Shown: positions 39,515 to 49,616 of the stretch, piece after piece
Numbering within the stretch: the stretch's first letter is position 1
Layout: each line of letters starts with the position of its first letter
DNA from: Minisyncoccota bacterium
GTDB taxonomy: Bacteria > Patescibacteriota > Minisyncoccia > Phycocordibacterales > GCA-2401445
NCBI GenBank assembly: GCA_040879725.1
Contig: JBBDJV010000018.1
Location: 16,748 to 80,747 of the forward strand
Direction: 5' to 3'
DNA: 64,000 nt
The notes under the pieces: generated by a model
Told to the model about the DNA's origin: nothing
The model's database searches: none
What the model saw: only the letters and a program-made list of their open reading frames with translations
Made by a program: the position numbers and the translations under genes

Positions 39515-40795
39515 TTATTCAATGAATGTTAATGCCTTACCCTTTTTCCCTCCACGGCCAGTTCGTCCGATACGGTGAACATAGTCATCATAGGTAGAAG
39601 GCACATCGTAATTAATAACATGAGAAATATCTGAGATGTCTAAACCTCGAGCTGCAACGTCTGTCGCAACAAGAATGTTATTTTGGTTCTTCTTGAAAGA
39701 ATCAAGCGCACGCTGTCTCTGAAACTGGTTTTTATCTCCATGAATAGAAACGGCCTTGAATCCTCTTCCAACCAAATCAACAGAGAGTCTTTCCACTCCA
39801 TGCTTTGTCTTACCGAATACAAGCACGCGCTCAAACTCCGGTTGAATAAGCAGGTTATGCAGTGCCTCTGACTTTGACTCGCCTCGATTTACACGCACAA
39901 TATCTTGCTCAACACTACTTGAAGTTTCCTGAGTCTTCACTGAAACAGTAGTTGGGTTCGTGAGAAAATCTTTAATAAGCTTTTCAATTTCCCGTGATAG
40001 TGTCGCTGAGAAAAACAATGTATGTCGTTCTTTTGGCATACCCGCAATCATAAATTTCATGTCTTGCAAGAATCCCATATCGAGCATTCGGTCTGCCTCA
40101 TCAAGAACAATAGTACTAAACTGAGAGAGATTGATACACTTTCTCACCACTAAGTCCTTTAGTCTTCCCGGTGTTCCGATAATAAAATTATTCTTATGTC
40201 GAAGGTCTCTCATTTGCTTTCCAATATTCGCTCCTCCTACGCAAACAACAGAAAATAGACCGAGTGTCTTTGAGAAATCTCTCCACTCTTGCTCAATTTG
40301 TACTGCGAGTTCGCGTGTTGGAACAATTATCAATACCTGTTCCTTCGGGTCTTTCAATACTTTGTTTATAAGAGGAACAAGAAAAGCTCCTGTCTTCCCA
40401 GTTCCAGTGTTTGCAATTCCAACCACATCTTCATTTCGCAAAATGTGTGGAATGATACGATCCTGAATAGGAGTCGGCTCAACATATCCCTTAGTGATAA
40501 TGTTTTTCTTCAAACGTTCATCAATATTAAAATCAACAAACCGGTGTTCCGGAATATAGATTGGTGTTTCTTCGGTAATTATCGCTTTGTTAATAAAGCG
40601 AGAAATGTCTATTTTCTTACCGGCAAATCCACCTCTTCCACCACCCCCTCTTCGGGAAGTATTACCACCTCTTCCACCACCACCAAACCGTCTACGCTGT
40701 GGTGCTCCAAAACCGCCTCTTGATGGACCTCGTCGTGAAAACGAACGTCCGCTACTTGCTCCCCCACTTCGGGTTCGCGTATTACCTTGATTCAT
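39515..40795 (-). CDS. DEAD-box RNA helicase
   Basis: PTPIQ, TGTGKT, PTRELA, DEAD, SAT, HRIGRTGR; RGG-rich N-terminus. Confidence 0.97.
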   Translation of the reverse strand: MNQGNTRTRSGGASSGRSFSRRGPSRGGFGAPQRRRFGGGGRGGNTSRRGGGGRGGFAGKKIDISRFINKAIITEETPIYIPEHRFVDFNIDERLKKNIITKGYVEPTPIQDRIIPHILRNEDVVGIANTGTGKTGAFLVPLINKVLKDPKEQVLIIVPTRELAVQIEQEWRDFSKTLGLFSVVCVGGANIGKQMRDLRHKNNFIIGTPGRLKDLVVRKCINLSQFSTIVLDEADRMLDMGFLQDMKFMIAGMPKERHTLFFSATLSREIEKLIKDFLTNPTTVSVKTQETSSSVEQDIVRVNRGESKSEALHNLLIQPEFERVLVFGKTKHGVERLSVDLVGRGFKAVSIHGDKNQFQRQRALDSFKKNQNNILVATDVAARGLDISDISHVINYDVPSTYDDYVHRIGRTGRGGKKGKALTFIE

Positions 40796-40986
40796 ACGTT
40801 AAACTAATGCACCAAAAAAGTGCAAATTATAAATGCGCTTTCGAAACGCATGTGACTAAATGTGCAAGTAAAAAGCGTCATTTCGCTTATCTATCTCATA
40901 CAAAGTCACAAGACGCTTCCCATCTGGCTCTTTTGAACACATGTGTTCAACTGCCTAACTTCGGTAGGAGAAAAACTTACCGAGGT

Positions 40987-41015
40987 ATTATATATTAGTT
41001 GAAAGAATATGTCAA
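40987..41015 (-). promoter_or_regulatory. Consensus sigma70 promoter of the DEAD-box helicase
   Basis: Minus strand TTGACA-17 nt-TATAAT, ~185 nt upstream of the ATG. Confidence 0.75.
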
Positions 41016-41046
41016 CCTTACTGAGGGTCCTACTCCATTCCGCACT

Positions 41047-41805
41047 CTACCGCTTTGTTACTTCAAAAACAAACCGATACTCTCTTTCGGAGATGGTTTC
41101 TCCTGACACATTCTCAGGAAAAACCTCTATAAGAGTGACATTCTCTGCTTCAGTAGTAATTGTTTTTCGTAATTCAAATATTTGGTTTGCGGTACCCAAC
41201 CCACTCTTCAGGGTTGCGGAAACTTTTGTTGTCCCTGCGTGAACACAGTTTGCATTAGGTGGACACCTACTGTCTTCCACTACCTCAAACGGAGTTATAG
41301 TTACTCCGAGAGCCCCTCCTTCCTCACCAATACTCAACGTCACCCTGTCGCCTGTATTTACCTGTGCAATAAGCGCATCTACATCACCTTTAGTCATTGT
41401 TGGAAAAGATAATCGAAGTGAAAGGTTTTCGAGTAGTGTTGCGTACCCTTCACTTGAAATAGCGCCATTGGCTGATGTCTGCGGACGAGAAGCGTCCGGT
41501 ACTAAAACAACATTTTCATCATCCACACGATACACTCCCCCTACTGCTTCAATATCTATAAAATCAATAGGAATAATATCGGGATACGCAGCCATTAGTA
41601 ACTGTGGATCAAACCCTTCTATGGGCTGACCGACATCTTTGACGCCAAGCGCGATTATTTGCTCTTCAAAATAAGGAGACAAATCAACACTGTCACTGTC
41701 TGCCTGTTTTGCATTGTAAATAAAAGCGTTAAATGTATAAAAGCCCGCCACAATACCGCCTAAAACAATACCTAAAATTAAAAATATTTTTTGATTCTTA
41801 TTCAT
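41047..41805 (-). CDS. Membrane-anchored hypothetical protein
   Basis: N-terminal TM; C-terminal EDSRCP..ANCV.AG domain. Confidence 0.7.
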   Translation of the reverse strand: MNKNQKIFLILGIVLGGIVAGFYTFNAFIYNAKQADSDSVDLSPYFEEQIIALGVKDVGQPIEGFDPQLLMAAYPDIIPIDFIDIEAVGGVYRVDDENVVLVPDASRPQTSANGAISSEGYATLLENLSLRLSFPTMTKGDVDALIAQVNTGDRVTLSIGEEGGALGVTITPFEVVEDSRCPPNANCVHAGTTKVSATLKSGLGTANQIFELRKTITTEAENVTLIEVFPENVSGETISEREYRFVFEVTKR

Positions 41806-41846
41806 ATATATAGTATACGTTTTTCTGAAGGAAAAGTAATTAAAAA

Positions 41847-42863
41847 TTATCGACCGCGTAACTGCGTTTCAATATTTTCCAAATGTTCTTCGTACGTAAC
41901 TGAGCAAAATATATCTCCGTCACTGTTATGCAGATAAAACAAACAATCCGTAACTTCAGGAAACAGAACTGCCCGAAGAGCATCTCTACCAGGATTTGCT
42001 ATCGGGTAAGGCGGAAGTCCGGAGTTAGCGTAGGTATTAAAAGGTGAATCAATAAACTTATCCTCGGAACGCGCTATTGCCCACCACCCATTTTCTTTTG
42101 TTCCTCGAATATATTGCAATGTCGCATCTACCTGCAGTCGCATACCCACATCAAGCCGGTTCCACAGCACTCCAGCAATCAGTGACATGTCGTGCACTCC
42201 CCCGGCTTCTCTCTGTATGAGTGACGCAAGCTTAACCACCGTGGTCCATTTTATATTTTGCTGGAGTGCCTCTTCTGAAAATTCTCCATACACTTCATTG
42301 AACCTTCTTCGCAAACGCTCTGCGACATCACTTGGTGATTCATCGAGTGGGATTAAATACGTATCGGGGTAGTACACACCTTCTCGATACTCCTCGCTTG
42401 TATTTGTATCAACAGTCAGCCACCTTGAAACCTCACTGTCGCTCCACCCGAGTATTTCTTGCATCTGTTCCGCTATCTGCTCTTTGCGATACCCTTCAGG
42501 GATAAAAACCCATTTCATATAAGGCTCACCCTCGAGTGTTTTTGCTATTTCTTTTGTATTCATTGCTTTTGATATTCGGTACGCTCCTGGCTCCACCTGC
42601 TCTAAATCAATACGTTCCCGCAAGAGTGTCATTCTAAACCCGAGCTCACTTCTGATAAACCCTGCGTACTTCAAGTTTAGAATAAGCGTGTCTTCATCAT
42701 ACGAATTAAACGGCACGGTAAACCGCTCCACTTCCGCCCCACGATCTACCGGAGCAAACAACAGCGTATTACCGAGTAACACCAAAAAGCCAAGGATTAA
42801 CAGCACTCCAAATATACTCGCGAGTAGTGTTCTGTGTTTAGAGCGATGCATGAGAGCTAACAT
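41847..42863 (-). CDS. mltG: Endolytic transglycosylase MltG
   Basis: IPEG, EG..YPDTY, LASLIQRE, LQVDAT.QY, SPFNTY..GLPP.PI.NPG. Confidence 0.93.
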   Translation of the reverse strand: MLALMHRSKHRTLLASIFGVLLILGFLVLLGNTLLFAPVDRGAEVERFTVPFNSYDEDTLILNLKYAGFIRSELGFRMTLLRERIDLEQVEPGAYRISKAMNTKEIAKTLEGEPYMKWVFIPEGYRKEQIAEQMQEILGWSDSEVSRWLTVDTNTSEEYREGVYYPDTYLIPLDESPSDVAERLRRRFNEVYGEFSEEALQQNIKWTTVVKLASLIQREAGGVHDMSLIAGVLWNRLDVGMRLQVDATLQYIRGTKENGWWAIARSEDKFIDSPFNTYANSGLPPYPIANPGRDALRAVLFPEVTDCLFYLHNSDGDIFCSVTYEEHLENIETQLRGR

Positions 42864-42972
42864 ATCACTGACTTAGGAAAATGAAAACTCTCTGTGTATT
42901 CCCACGAGTAAAACAGAAGCGCGCACCTTTGTATACTTTTTCATGTATACAGTATAGCAAATAGCAACAAGA

Positions 42973-43839
42973 CTAACCCTTACTTGGCGTAAAGCTAACA
43001 GTTTCTATAAGTGCTTTGAAATCGAGATGGATTGTAGAGTTAACCTCCGGGTACATCACAGAAAATACGTATACGTATTGCCCTTCTACCACAACATACG
43101 TTTCATTTGGGTACAAACCATCTGCGGTATAGCGTACTGCTTCTTTTCCATCAAGAGTTGTTTCTTCCACGGTTCCTACAATAAGAGGATAGTTTGATTC
43201 TCGTGTATTATTTTGAACCCATGCCTTAGGACTAACTGAAGTAGAAGTGTTTTTGTACACTCTAACCTGAATTGCAGGTGGACCTTCACGAGGCTCGGTG
43301 CTGTTCATTAGTTCCTGATACTCAGCTCGGTCAAACAAGGTTATTCCTGATACAAACGTGTTACTTGAGCTTTCAGTCGTATCAACCACTATGTAACCAT
43401 TAGGACCTTTTCGGTACGTAAACGAATACCCCAATGTCTCATCTTGAACAATAGACTCCGCACGCAAGTAGTGTTCGCTGCTTATACAAGGAACCACCTC
43501 ATTCTCTTCGGAAACTTCCCCTCTTACAAACACGTAGTCTCCCACTTCAATATCAAAGGGTGATGCAATACTTTCATACGCTTCACATAACCGAATTCCC
43601 ATTGACGGTACCGCAATACGTACACGTTCATTTCCTTTAGTTTGTATAACCACCACAGCAGGACCGTCAAACGCTACCGCGTCCAGATTTACGTTCGTCA
43701 CTTTACCTTCTGCGGTTTTTGTTGAACCGATAGTTTCATTTTCGGTTTCATTTGGCTCACTAGCCGGCTCTCTAAGGAAAAAGAAAAGTCCTCCAATTAC
43801 CACGACAGCGAGCAAGCTTATAATTACAATTTTTTTCAT
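42973..43839 (-). CDS. Membrane-anchored hypothetical protein
   Basis: N-terminal TM; PsbP/DcrB-like C-terminal pattern ending F..LI.TVSF. Confidence 0.65.
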   Translation of the reverse strand: MKKIVIISLLAVVVIGGLFFFLREPASEPNETENETIGSTKTAEGKVTNVNLDAVAFDGPAVVVIQTKGNERVRIAVPSMGIRLCEAYESIASPFDIEVGDYVFVRGEVSEENEVVPCISSEHYLRAESIVQDETLGYSFTYRKGPNGYIVVDTTESSSNTFVSGITLFDRAEYQELMNSTEPREGPPAIQVRVYKNTSTSVSPKAWVQNNTRESNYPLIVGTVEETTLDGKEAVRYTADGLYPNETYVVVEGQYVYVFSVMYPEVNSTIHLDFKALIETVSFTPSKG

Positions 43840-43899
43840 ACTATTTTTTGATTATAGTATACAAGACGTTCCACACCTCGTATTGTAACAATACGTATA

Positions 43900-44766
43900 C
43901 TACTTTGCGTAGTATTCAAACAACGCTTTTATACCACGAAGATTTTGTTCCCACTCCACTGTCTCATGTGTTTTCAGCTCTACGGTAACTGCTGGAATAC
44001 CTATTGAAGCAAGCCATCCCTCCGCATCTCCGGTTATAGGATACGCGTCAAACGCCTCTACTTTGTTGTACCCCGCCGCGTCTGCGTACGCATTCATAAT
44101 ATCGAGTGTTTCGGGAATAATTCCGTCCTCACACTCAGAAGCATAAACCGTGTTTGCTTGACTATGCCAAAACACAACCGCGCTCGGACTTGTTTTTTCA
44201 ACAAAACCTCTGAGTGCCTGTGCTTCAGGTTCAGAGAAAGGAGCGTCACCAGCACTCACCACAGCCCCCCTCCATGAACTCTCCGGAGCCCACTTACAAT
44301 CGAAGTTTCGGTTTAGGTCTACATCATTTGCGTTAAAGCGACCAACAGCATCTGAGTCACTATTTTGCGCATCGGCATAGGTGAACCTTCCCTCTTTTTC
44401 AATCACTGCGTATGTTCCGTCTGGATTAAGTGACGGGATCACTGAAATAGTAAGATACTCCGGCAGTGTATCTATATTTGCATCTAGATAATCTTTAAAC
44501 TCGTACGCAAGTAATATACTGTTCCACTCATATCCGCCGTGAATACCTCCGACAAAAAGAAGGTGTGTATCTCCTGTACCGTATGTATACACTTCTATAT
44601 CTCTCCCCTCGACAGAAGTACCGATTACTTCATGCACGGGATTTTCTTCTTCCACTATTGGCTCAGAGATAATTACTTCTTGCTCTTCACTCTTATTATT
44701 TAGAAGAACGAGCGCGAGCACTACAGCAAGTAGCCCTACCCCTAACCATAGAAATTTACTTTTCAT
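43900..44766 (-). CDS. M14 zinc carboxypeptidase (MpaA-like), membrane-anchored
   Basis: IG.SVEGR.I, GGIHGGYE, NPDG, R.NAN.VDLNRNF, SEPE, WHS, VEL. Confidence 0.9.
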   Translation of the reverse strand: MKSKFLWLGVGLLAVVLALVLLNNKSEEQEVIISEPIVEEENPVHEVIGTSVEGRDIEVYTYGTGDTHLLFVGGIHGGYEWNSILLAYEFKDYLDANIDTLPEYLTISVIPSLNPDGTYAVIEKEGRFTYADAQNSDSDAVGRFNANDVDLNRNFDCKWAPESSWRGAVVSAGDAPFSEPEAQALRGFVEKTSPSAVVFWHSQANTVYASECEDGIIPETLDIMNAYADAAGYNKVEAFDAYPITGDAEGWLASIGIPAVTVELKTHETVEWEQNLRGIKALFEYYAK

Positions 44767-44771
44767 TTTCA

Positions 44772-45707
44772 CTATTTAGAAAGATGCGTAAAGAGCGCTT
44801 CTATTCCAGCTCGGTTCTTTGACCATTCCACATCAGTATGGTTCGTGAGTAGTACACTTATCGCAGGAATATTTTCTTTTGCAAGCCAGTTCACCATATC
44901 ACCCGTAATCTCGTAGAAATCAAACTCCTCGTATGCAGGATATCCGGAAGCCTTCGCGTACACTTGTGTCAGTGCGCGCGTTTCGCTCGATACTCCGTTG
45001 TGACAACTTGAAGAGAACACTCCTCCCGCCGCACTATAGTAGACCACCACCGCATCTGGTGTATTTGACTCAATATATGTTTTTATCGCAAGACTTTCTG
45101 GTTCTGAAAACGCACTACTACCACCACTCACCGTGCGGGACTGCCATGTCGCGCTAGACTGCCAATCACAATCAAAGTTTCGGTTGAGGTCTACAGTATT
45201 TCCATTAAACCGCCCAGATACCTTCACACTCTCAGAGCTTGAAACATCTCCGACGGTAAAGCTCCCGGTAGTACCCACTACTTTCTCGAGTCCATCAGGA
45301 TTCATAACAGGAATAACCGTAACTCGTACATTATTTGGAATACTGTTTGGATTTGCTTCAAGATAGTCCATCAAGTTGTATGCCACGAGTGATGTATTCC
45401 ATGAATACCCACCGTGAATACCTCCGACAAAAAGAATATCTCTGTCGCCGTTACCATAGTGATACGCGGTTATGTCGTTCCCGAGTGCAGATGCTCCTAT
45501 GACGGTTTTTGTATCATCGACAACAACATCAGGTGTAGTGGTAGCCCCTTCGTCCGTACCTGGAGTTGTGGTTGTATTGTCCTCTCCGTTTACAACTCCC
45601 TCTTGTGGCGTTGTTCCCTCGATAGTAACCGATGAACCTTTAGTAAGAAAATAAATCCCTCCGATAATAATAGCCCCAATAATAATGATAGTTATAATTT
45701 TTTTCAT
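44772..45707 (-). CDS. M14 carboxypeptidase paralog with degenerate metal/catalytic residues
   Basis: GGIHGGYS (E to S), YYS (H to Y), VLL (E to L); NPDG and DLNRNF retained. Confidence 0.85.
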   Translation of the reverse strand: MKKIITIIIIGAIIIGGIYFLTKGSSVTIEGTTPQEGVVNGEDNTTTTPGTDEGATTTPDVVVDDTKTVIGASALGNDITAYHYGNGDRDILFVGGIHGGYSWNTSLVAYNLMDYLEANPNSIPNNVRVTVIPVMNPDGLEKVVGTTGSFTVGDVSSSESVKVSGRFNGNTVDLNRNFDCDWQSSATWQSRTVSGGSSAFSEPESLAIKTYIESNTPDAVVVYYSAAGGVFSSSCHNGVSSETRALTQVYAKASGYPAYEEFDFYEITGDMVNWLAKENIPAISVLLTNHTDVEWSKNRAGIEALFTHLSK

Positions 45708-45780
45708 ATTCTTATTTTAACACACTTTAAACGTCTTGTTTTTCAAGCCATTTTTAGCCCTTATAGAGGGTATGCGAGGG

Positions 45781-47511
45781 CTACTTCTTTTCTTTTGCAC
45801 GCTTAAATATGGAAATGCTCATCGGAGGCATAGTAACAAGCGCAGACGTTCTTCCTCCTTGAGAAAGAGTTAGTAAAGTATTTTTTTTATTTAGTGCATC
45901 AACCAACAGTGTTCCAGGTGGTGTGATTTCATTATCAATGGTTATGTAATTTGCCTCAGCGTGATCACGTATATTTATAACCACGAGCACTTCATCGCTA
46001 TCATGTATTCGAGAAAAAGCTAGCAGACCATTCCCTCCGTCAGGGTACCAGAAATGCTGACCGTCTTCCGACACATCCCTGAAGTAAAACCTACCGTATC
46101 GAAGCGCTGGTTCTTCAGCTCGCACTTCCGCGATTTTCGAAATTTCTTTGTAGAGAGGATTCTCCGTATCAAAAAAATGCATACCACTTGTACCAAAAGC
46201 TCCCCAGTCTCCGCCAAACATACATTCACGGATTTGATTATCCTGAAATGGCATACGCATATCCCCTCCACCATCAAAACCTTGCTCGGTACCGTAGTAG
46301 ATTGCCGGTATCCCTGGGGTTGTTAGTAAATACCCAACACCGAGTATCGCAAGTTGCTTGTCCTGTGATCCGTAAAGGAAACGATAGAACTGACGAGAGG
46401 TTTGATCGTGATTATCCAGAAACGTAACAAGGCAATCACTTCCGTCACTATGAAGGTACGTTTGTTGTGCGCTTGTGTACCTGTCGCGAAGCTGTGACAT
46501 GCTCTTTGTGCCTTTCAACACTTCATCAAGAACGAAGTACAGAGGGAAATCAAGTGCCGCATCAAGCGCCTGAATACGGTCACCGTTTGGGTTCTGATGT
46601 CCAACATATTTTGTAATTGCTGCATCGTCTCCGACAATTTCTCCAAAGAGTAGAAAGTTTTTCTTTCCGATACTTTCCGCATACTCTTTTATTGAGTTAA
46701 AGAACACCACTATCGCATTTGTGTCGACATGCTTTACAGTATCTATTCGGTATCCATCGATATCTGTTTCCGCAATCCAATACTTATGTATCGCAACCAT
46801 TGTCTCAAGTACCTTTGGGTTATTTAGATCGAGGTCTTTTAATACAAAGAAGTCACCCTGTTTTGACTGTTCTTCATTGTTCCAGTCAGTAATAACCCCT
46901 CGTCTAGAGTAACAGTCCGGGTCTTGTAGTTCGAGAGGCCATACAGCATCATCTCCATCAAACTCCTCTGGTAGAGAATGTTTTGACCGCCAGTATCCGA
47001 AAGGAAACCGAGTTCCATTTTGGTCGAACGCCGGATACATATCGTTTTCATACCCCCAATTATCTGCAGTGTGGTTTATGACAATATCAAGTACGATTCG
47101 CATATCGAGCTTGTGAGCGGAATCCACCAAATCTTTAAACTCCTCCAGTGTTCCAAAGTGAGGATCAACTGAAAGAAAATCTTGAATCGCATACCCATGT
47201 ATAGAACCCCTCTCTGCCCTGTTTTTGAAAATTGGACTGAGCCACAAAGTGGTAACCCCAAGATTTTTTAAGTACTTCAATCGGCGTTTAATACCCTTTA
47301 TCGTTCCACCGTGAATCTGGTCTCCGAGCCGTGCATCTCTGTTTCGGTCGCCCATACTTCCGTCATACGGTGGATTTCGTTTTCCATTATCAAAACGGTC
47401 AACCAACAAAAAATAGATGACATGGTCGCGCCAGTCTTCCGGAGATGGGTGTACCGTCTTTGCAACAGAAAAATCGAGTTCGGAAATTGATCTAATCCTT
47501 TCTTCCGCCAT
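45781..47511 (-). CDS. Alpha-amylase family (GH13) glycosidase
   Basis: IYFLLVDRF.NG, HGY, DIVINH, DGYRIDTVKH, GE, FLDNHD, YYGTEQ. Confidence 0.93.
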   Translation of the reverse strand: MAEERIRSISELDFSVAKTVHPSPEDWRDHVIYFLLVDRFDNGKRNPPYDGSMGDRNRDARLGDQIHGGTIKGIKRRLKYLKNLGVTTLWLSPIFKNRAERGSIHGYAIQDFLSVDPHFGTLEEFKDLVDSAHKLDMRIVLDIVINHTADNWGYENDMYPAFDQNGTRFPFGYWRSKHSLPEEFDGDDAVWPLELQDPDCYSRRGVITDWNNEEQSKQGDFFVLKDLDLNNPKVLETMVAIHKYWIAETDIDGYRIDTVKHVDTNAIVVFFNSIKEYAESIGKKNFLLFGEIVGDDAAITKYVGHQNPNGDRIQALDAALDFPLYFVLDEVLKGTKSMSQLRDRYTSAQQTYLHSDGSDCLVTFLDNHDQTSRQFYRFLYGSQDKQLAILGVGYLLTTPGIPAIYYGTEQGFDGGGDMRMPFQDNQIRECMFGGDWGAFGTSGMHFFDTENPLYKEISKIAEVRAEEPALRYGRFYFRDVSEDGQHFWYPDGGNGLLAFSRIHDSDEVLVVINIRDHAEANYITIDNEITPPGTLLVDALNKKNTLLTLSQGGRTSALVTMPPMSISIFKRAKEKK

Positions 47512-47671
47512 TATGTAAAGTATAGCATGTGCCTACAAACTTTTTTCTCGATACCTGCATTCTGTGTATAAAAATTCCGACAATTCCTACCCTCCTCTGA
47601 GAAAATATCTCGCATATTGTGTAAATTGATTATCATCACAATAGTAGCTATACTGAAAAGAGGAGGCTGTT

Positions 47672-47859
47672 ATGAAAAAACAAAAAAGAATCAAGTTCGG
47701 TTCGTCAAGCTTGATCCTGAAGCAGTTGCAGATTTTCGGGCAAAATTTGCCGCGCGTGTAGCAGGGATAGATAAGCAAGATCAGGCTGAATATCGTGCTC
47801 GCGCTTTGGCTGACGCTCGCATTAAACGCAAAACCGCTGATCTTCATGGTGACCTTTAG
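47672..47859 (+). pseudogene. Small protein gene with apparent 1-nt frameshift in the A-run after the ATG
   Basis: SD AGAGGAGG 5 nt before ATG 47672; one extra A gives MKKTKKNQVRFVKLDPEAVADFR...GDL*; GC-rich terminator at 47877-47907. Confidence 0.45.
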
Positions 47860-48070
47860 TCACTCAAAGCAACACAGGCGGTCGCATTTCATGCGACCGC
47901 CCTTTTTATTTAGTATTCTGTTTTTCCTCCTATTTTAGTACTCAGCGAGGCCGTCCATTAGTACCTTGCAAAACCCGATCTAATAATTAACCCAATTAAA
48001 AAGCATCTCTTACGATATATAGTAAGAGATGCTTTTTAAAATTGTATTTTACACTACTACTTCTGCAGTT

Positions 48071-48562
48071 TTATTTTTTTCTAAACTCAAATTCCATAAC
48101 ACCATAATCTCGGTTGAGCATTAGTGTGAGTGTGTCACCTTTGATAGCGTATGAATTTGCGAGCATGAGCTGTTGTGAGTAAGTACTTTCAAGTGACCCT
48201 TCACAATACATCATGGTTGAAATGAATTGACTAAAACTTATAACCTCCCCATCAACAACATAGTTTCCTCCAAGACCGTTACAGTCAGTACTGCTTCCCA
48301 CCTCTCCCTTTTTATTAAAGGTAAGTACAAAACGCTCACCACTTGGAGCCACTACCTCTGAACCATCGAGAAGACGTGTAGACTTCCACACCCACTCTCC
48401 TTCTGTAAGGGTACGCTTGCTTTGTTCAGCACCTTTATTTTCTCCGAGCGCGTCTGCCTGCTTTGCATGATACACATAACTATTAACAGTAAAGAACACC
48501 GCAAAAAGAAACATAATTCCTACACTCGCTATTACTACTTTGTTTTTATTTTTCATATACAT
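48071..48562 (-). CDS. META-domain (HslJ-like) protein
   Basis: W.W, L.F...G...STDCN...G.Y, STMMYC. Confidence 0.85.
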   Translation of the reverse strand: MYMKNKNKVVIASVGIMFLFAVFFTVNSYVYHAKQADALGENKGAEQSKRTLTEGEWVWKSTRLLDGSEVVAPSGERFVLTFNKKGEVGSSTDCNGLGGNYVVDGEVISFSQFISTMMYCEGSLESTYSQQLMLANSYAIKGDTLTLMLNRDYGVMEFEFRKK

Positions 48563-48612
48563 ACTAATACGAACAAGTTTCCCAAAAGAAACAAAACCAC
48601 CCGTAGGTGGTT

Positions 48613-48678
48613 TTACTTCTTCTTTTCCTTCTTTGGCTTTTTCTTCTCTTTGCTTCGAGCGTTATTTCCTTTTGCCAT
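48613..48678 (-). CDS. 21-aa lysine-rich microprotein (not in ORF track)
   Basis: MAKGNNARSKEKKKPKKEKKK*; upstream TATAAT; stop overlaps hairpin AAAACCACC..GGTGGTTTT. Confidence 0.6.
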   Translation of the reverse strand: MAKGNNARSKEKKKPKKEKKK

Positions 48679-48781
48679 ACGTATTATTGTTTGTTGGTAA
48701 TAACTGTATTATACCGCCAAGTAGAATATGTAGTATGTGAATAGTGCGCAAATGCGCACGCCGGCGGGGGCATTTAGACCC

Positions 48782-49093
48782 TTATTTTAAGCGGTATAAT
48801 ACACCCCTTCCCGCGTCACCTATCTGCTCAACCCTCCCTTCTTTTTCCAATTCATTCATATATTTAACTACGGTTCTGCGCGCAACACCCAAATGGCTTC
48901 TTATTTCTTCATTCGAAACACTTCCTCGCTCTTGAATAAAAATAAATGCCTTTTCTTTATTCTCATTCTTTCGTGTTATTTGGTTATACACTTTTCGGCA
49001 GATACCTCCTACTGTTTCTCTATTCTTTTTAGGGATTAAAAATAGTGCTAAAACCGCTACTACGCAAAGTAAAATTACAAATACTGTATTCAT
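48782..49093 (-). CDS. Membrane-anchored winged helix-turn-helix protein
   Basis: N-terminal TM; SNEEIR..LGV.R.TV.KYM.ELE.EG.V.Q.G..GRGV.Y. Confidence 0.8.
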   Translation of the reverse strand: MNTVFVILLCVVAVLALFLIPKKNRETVGGICRKVYNQITRKNENKEKAFIFIQERGSVSNEEIRSHLGVARRTVVKYMNELEKEGRVEQIGDAGRGVLYRLK

Positions 49094-49237
49094 GCTATGT
49101 ATTATAACAATTATCGCTCAGCAGAAAATAGTATGGAACTATTTTGCAAAAACTGGGGTATCGAGGTGTTAACAACCGCCACCTTTCACCGACAATTTGT
49201 TGTATACTTTATTTATTGCTAATAACACTACATACAT

Positions 49238-49615
49238 ATGGACGAGCTACAACTTAACACTAAGATACCTTGGTATCGCACCCGAAAATTCTGGGCAATT
49301 ATCTTCGGACTACTATTTGCGTGGGGGATATTCTTTTATTTCTTCATAGGTGCTCCTGGGAGGTCGTTTGGTGGTATTTTTTACTACCTCACATCATCAC
49401 TTGGGGGTGCAATATTCGGAATAATTGGAAACAAAATTATTCCAAGCGATGCAGGTAGAATGCTAGATTCGCTAGTATACTTATTATTTGCTTTTTTCTT
49501 AACATACAAAACATTTGATAAAAAAGCAGTACAATTATTTTACCCCTTACTCTTCACCATTAATTTTCTGGTGAGTGCAATAGTAATTATTCTTCTTCTT
49601 GGCGCTGCGGGATAA
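49238..49615 (+). CDS. Hypothetical membrane protein
   Basis: Four hydrophobic segments; PWYR.RKFW. Confidence 0.65.
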   Translation: MDELQLNTKIPWYRTRKFWAIIFGLLFAWGIFFYFFIGAPGRSFGGIFYYLTSSLGGAIFGIIGNKIIPSDAGRMLDSLVYLLFAFFLTYKTFDKKAVQLFYPLLFTINFLVSAIVIILLLGAAG

Positions 49616-49616
49616 A

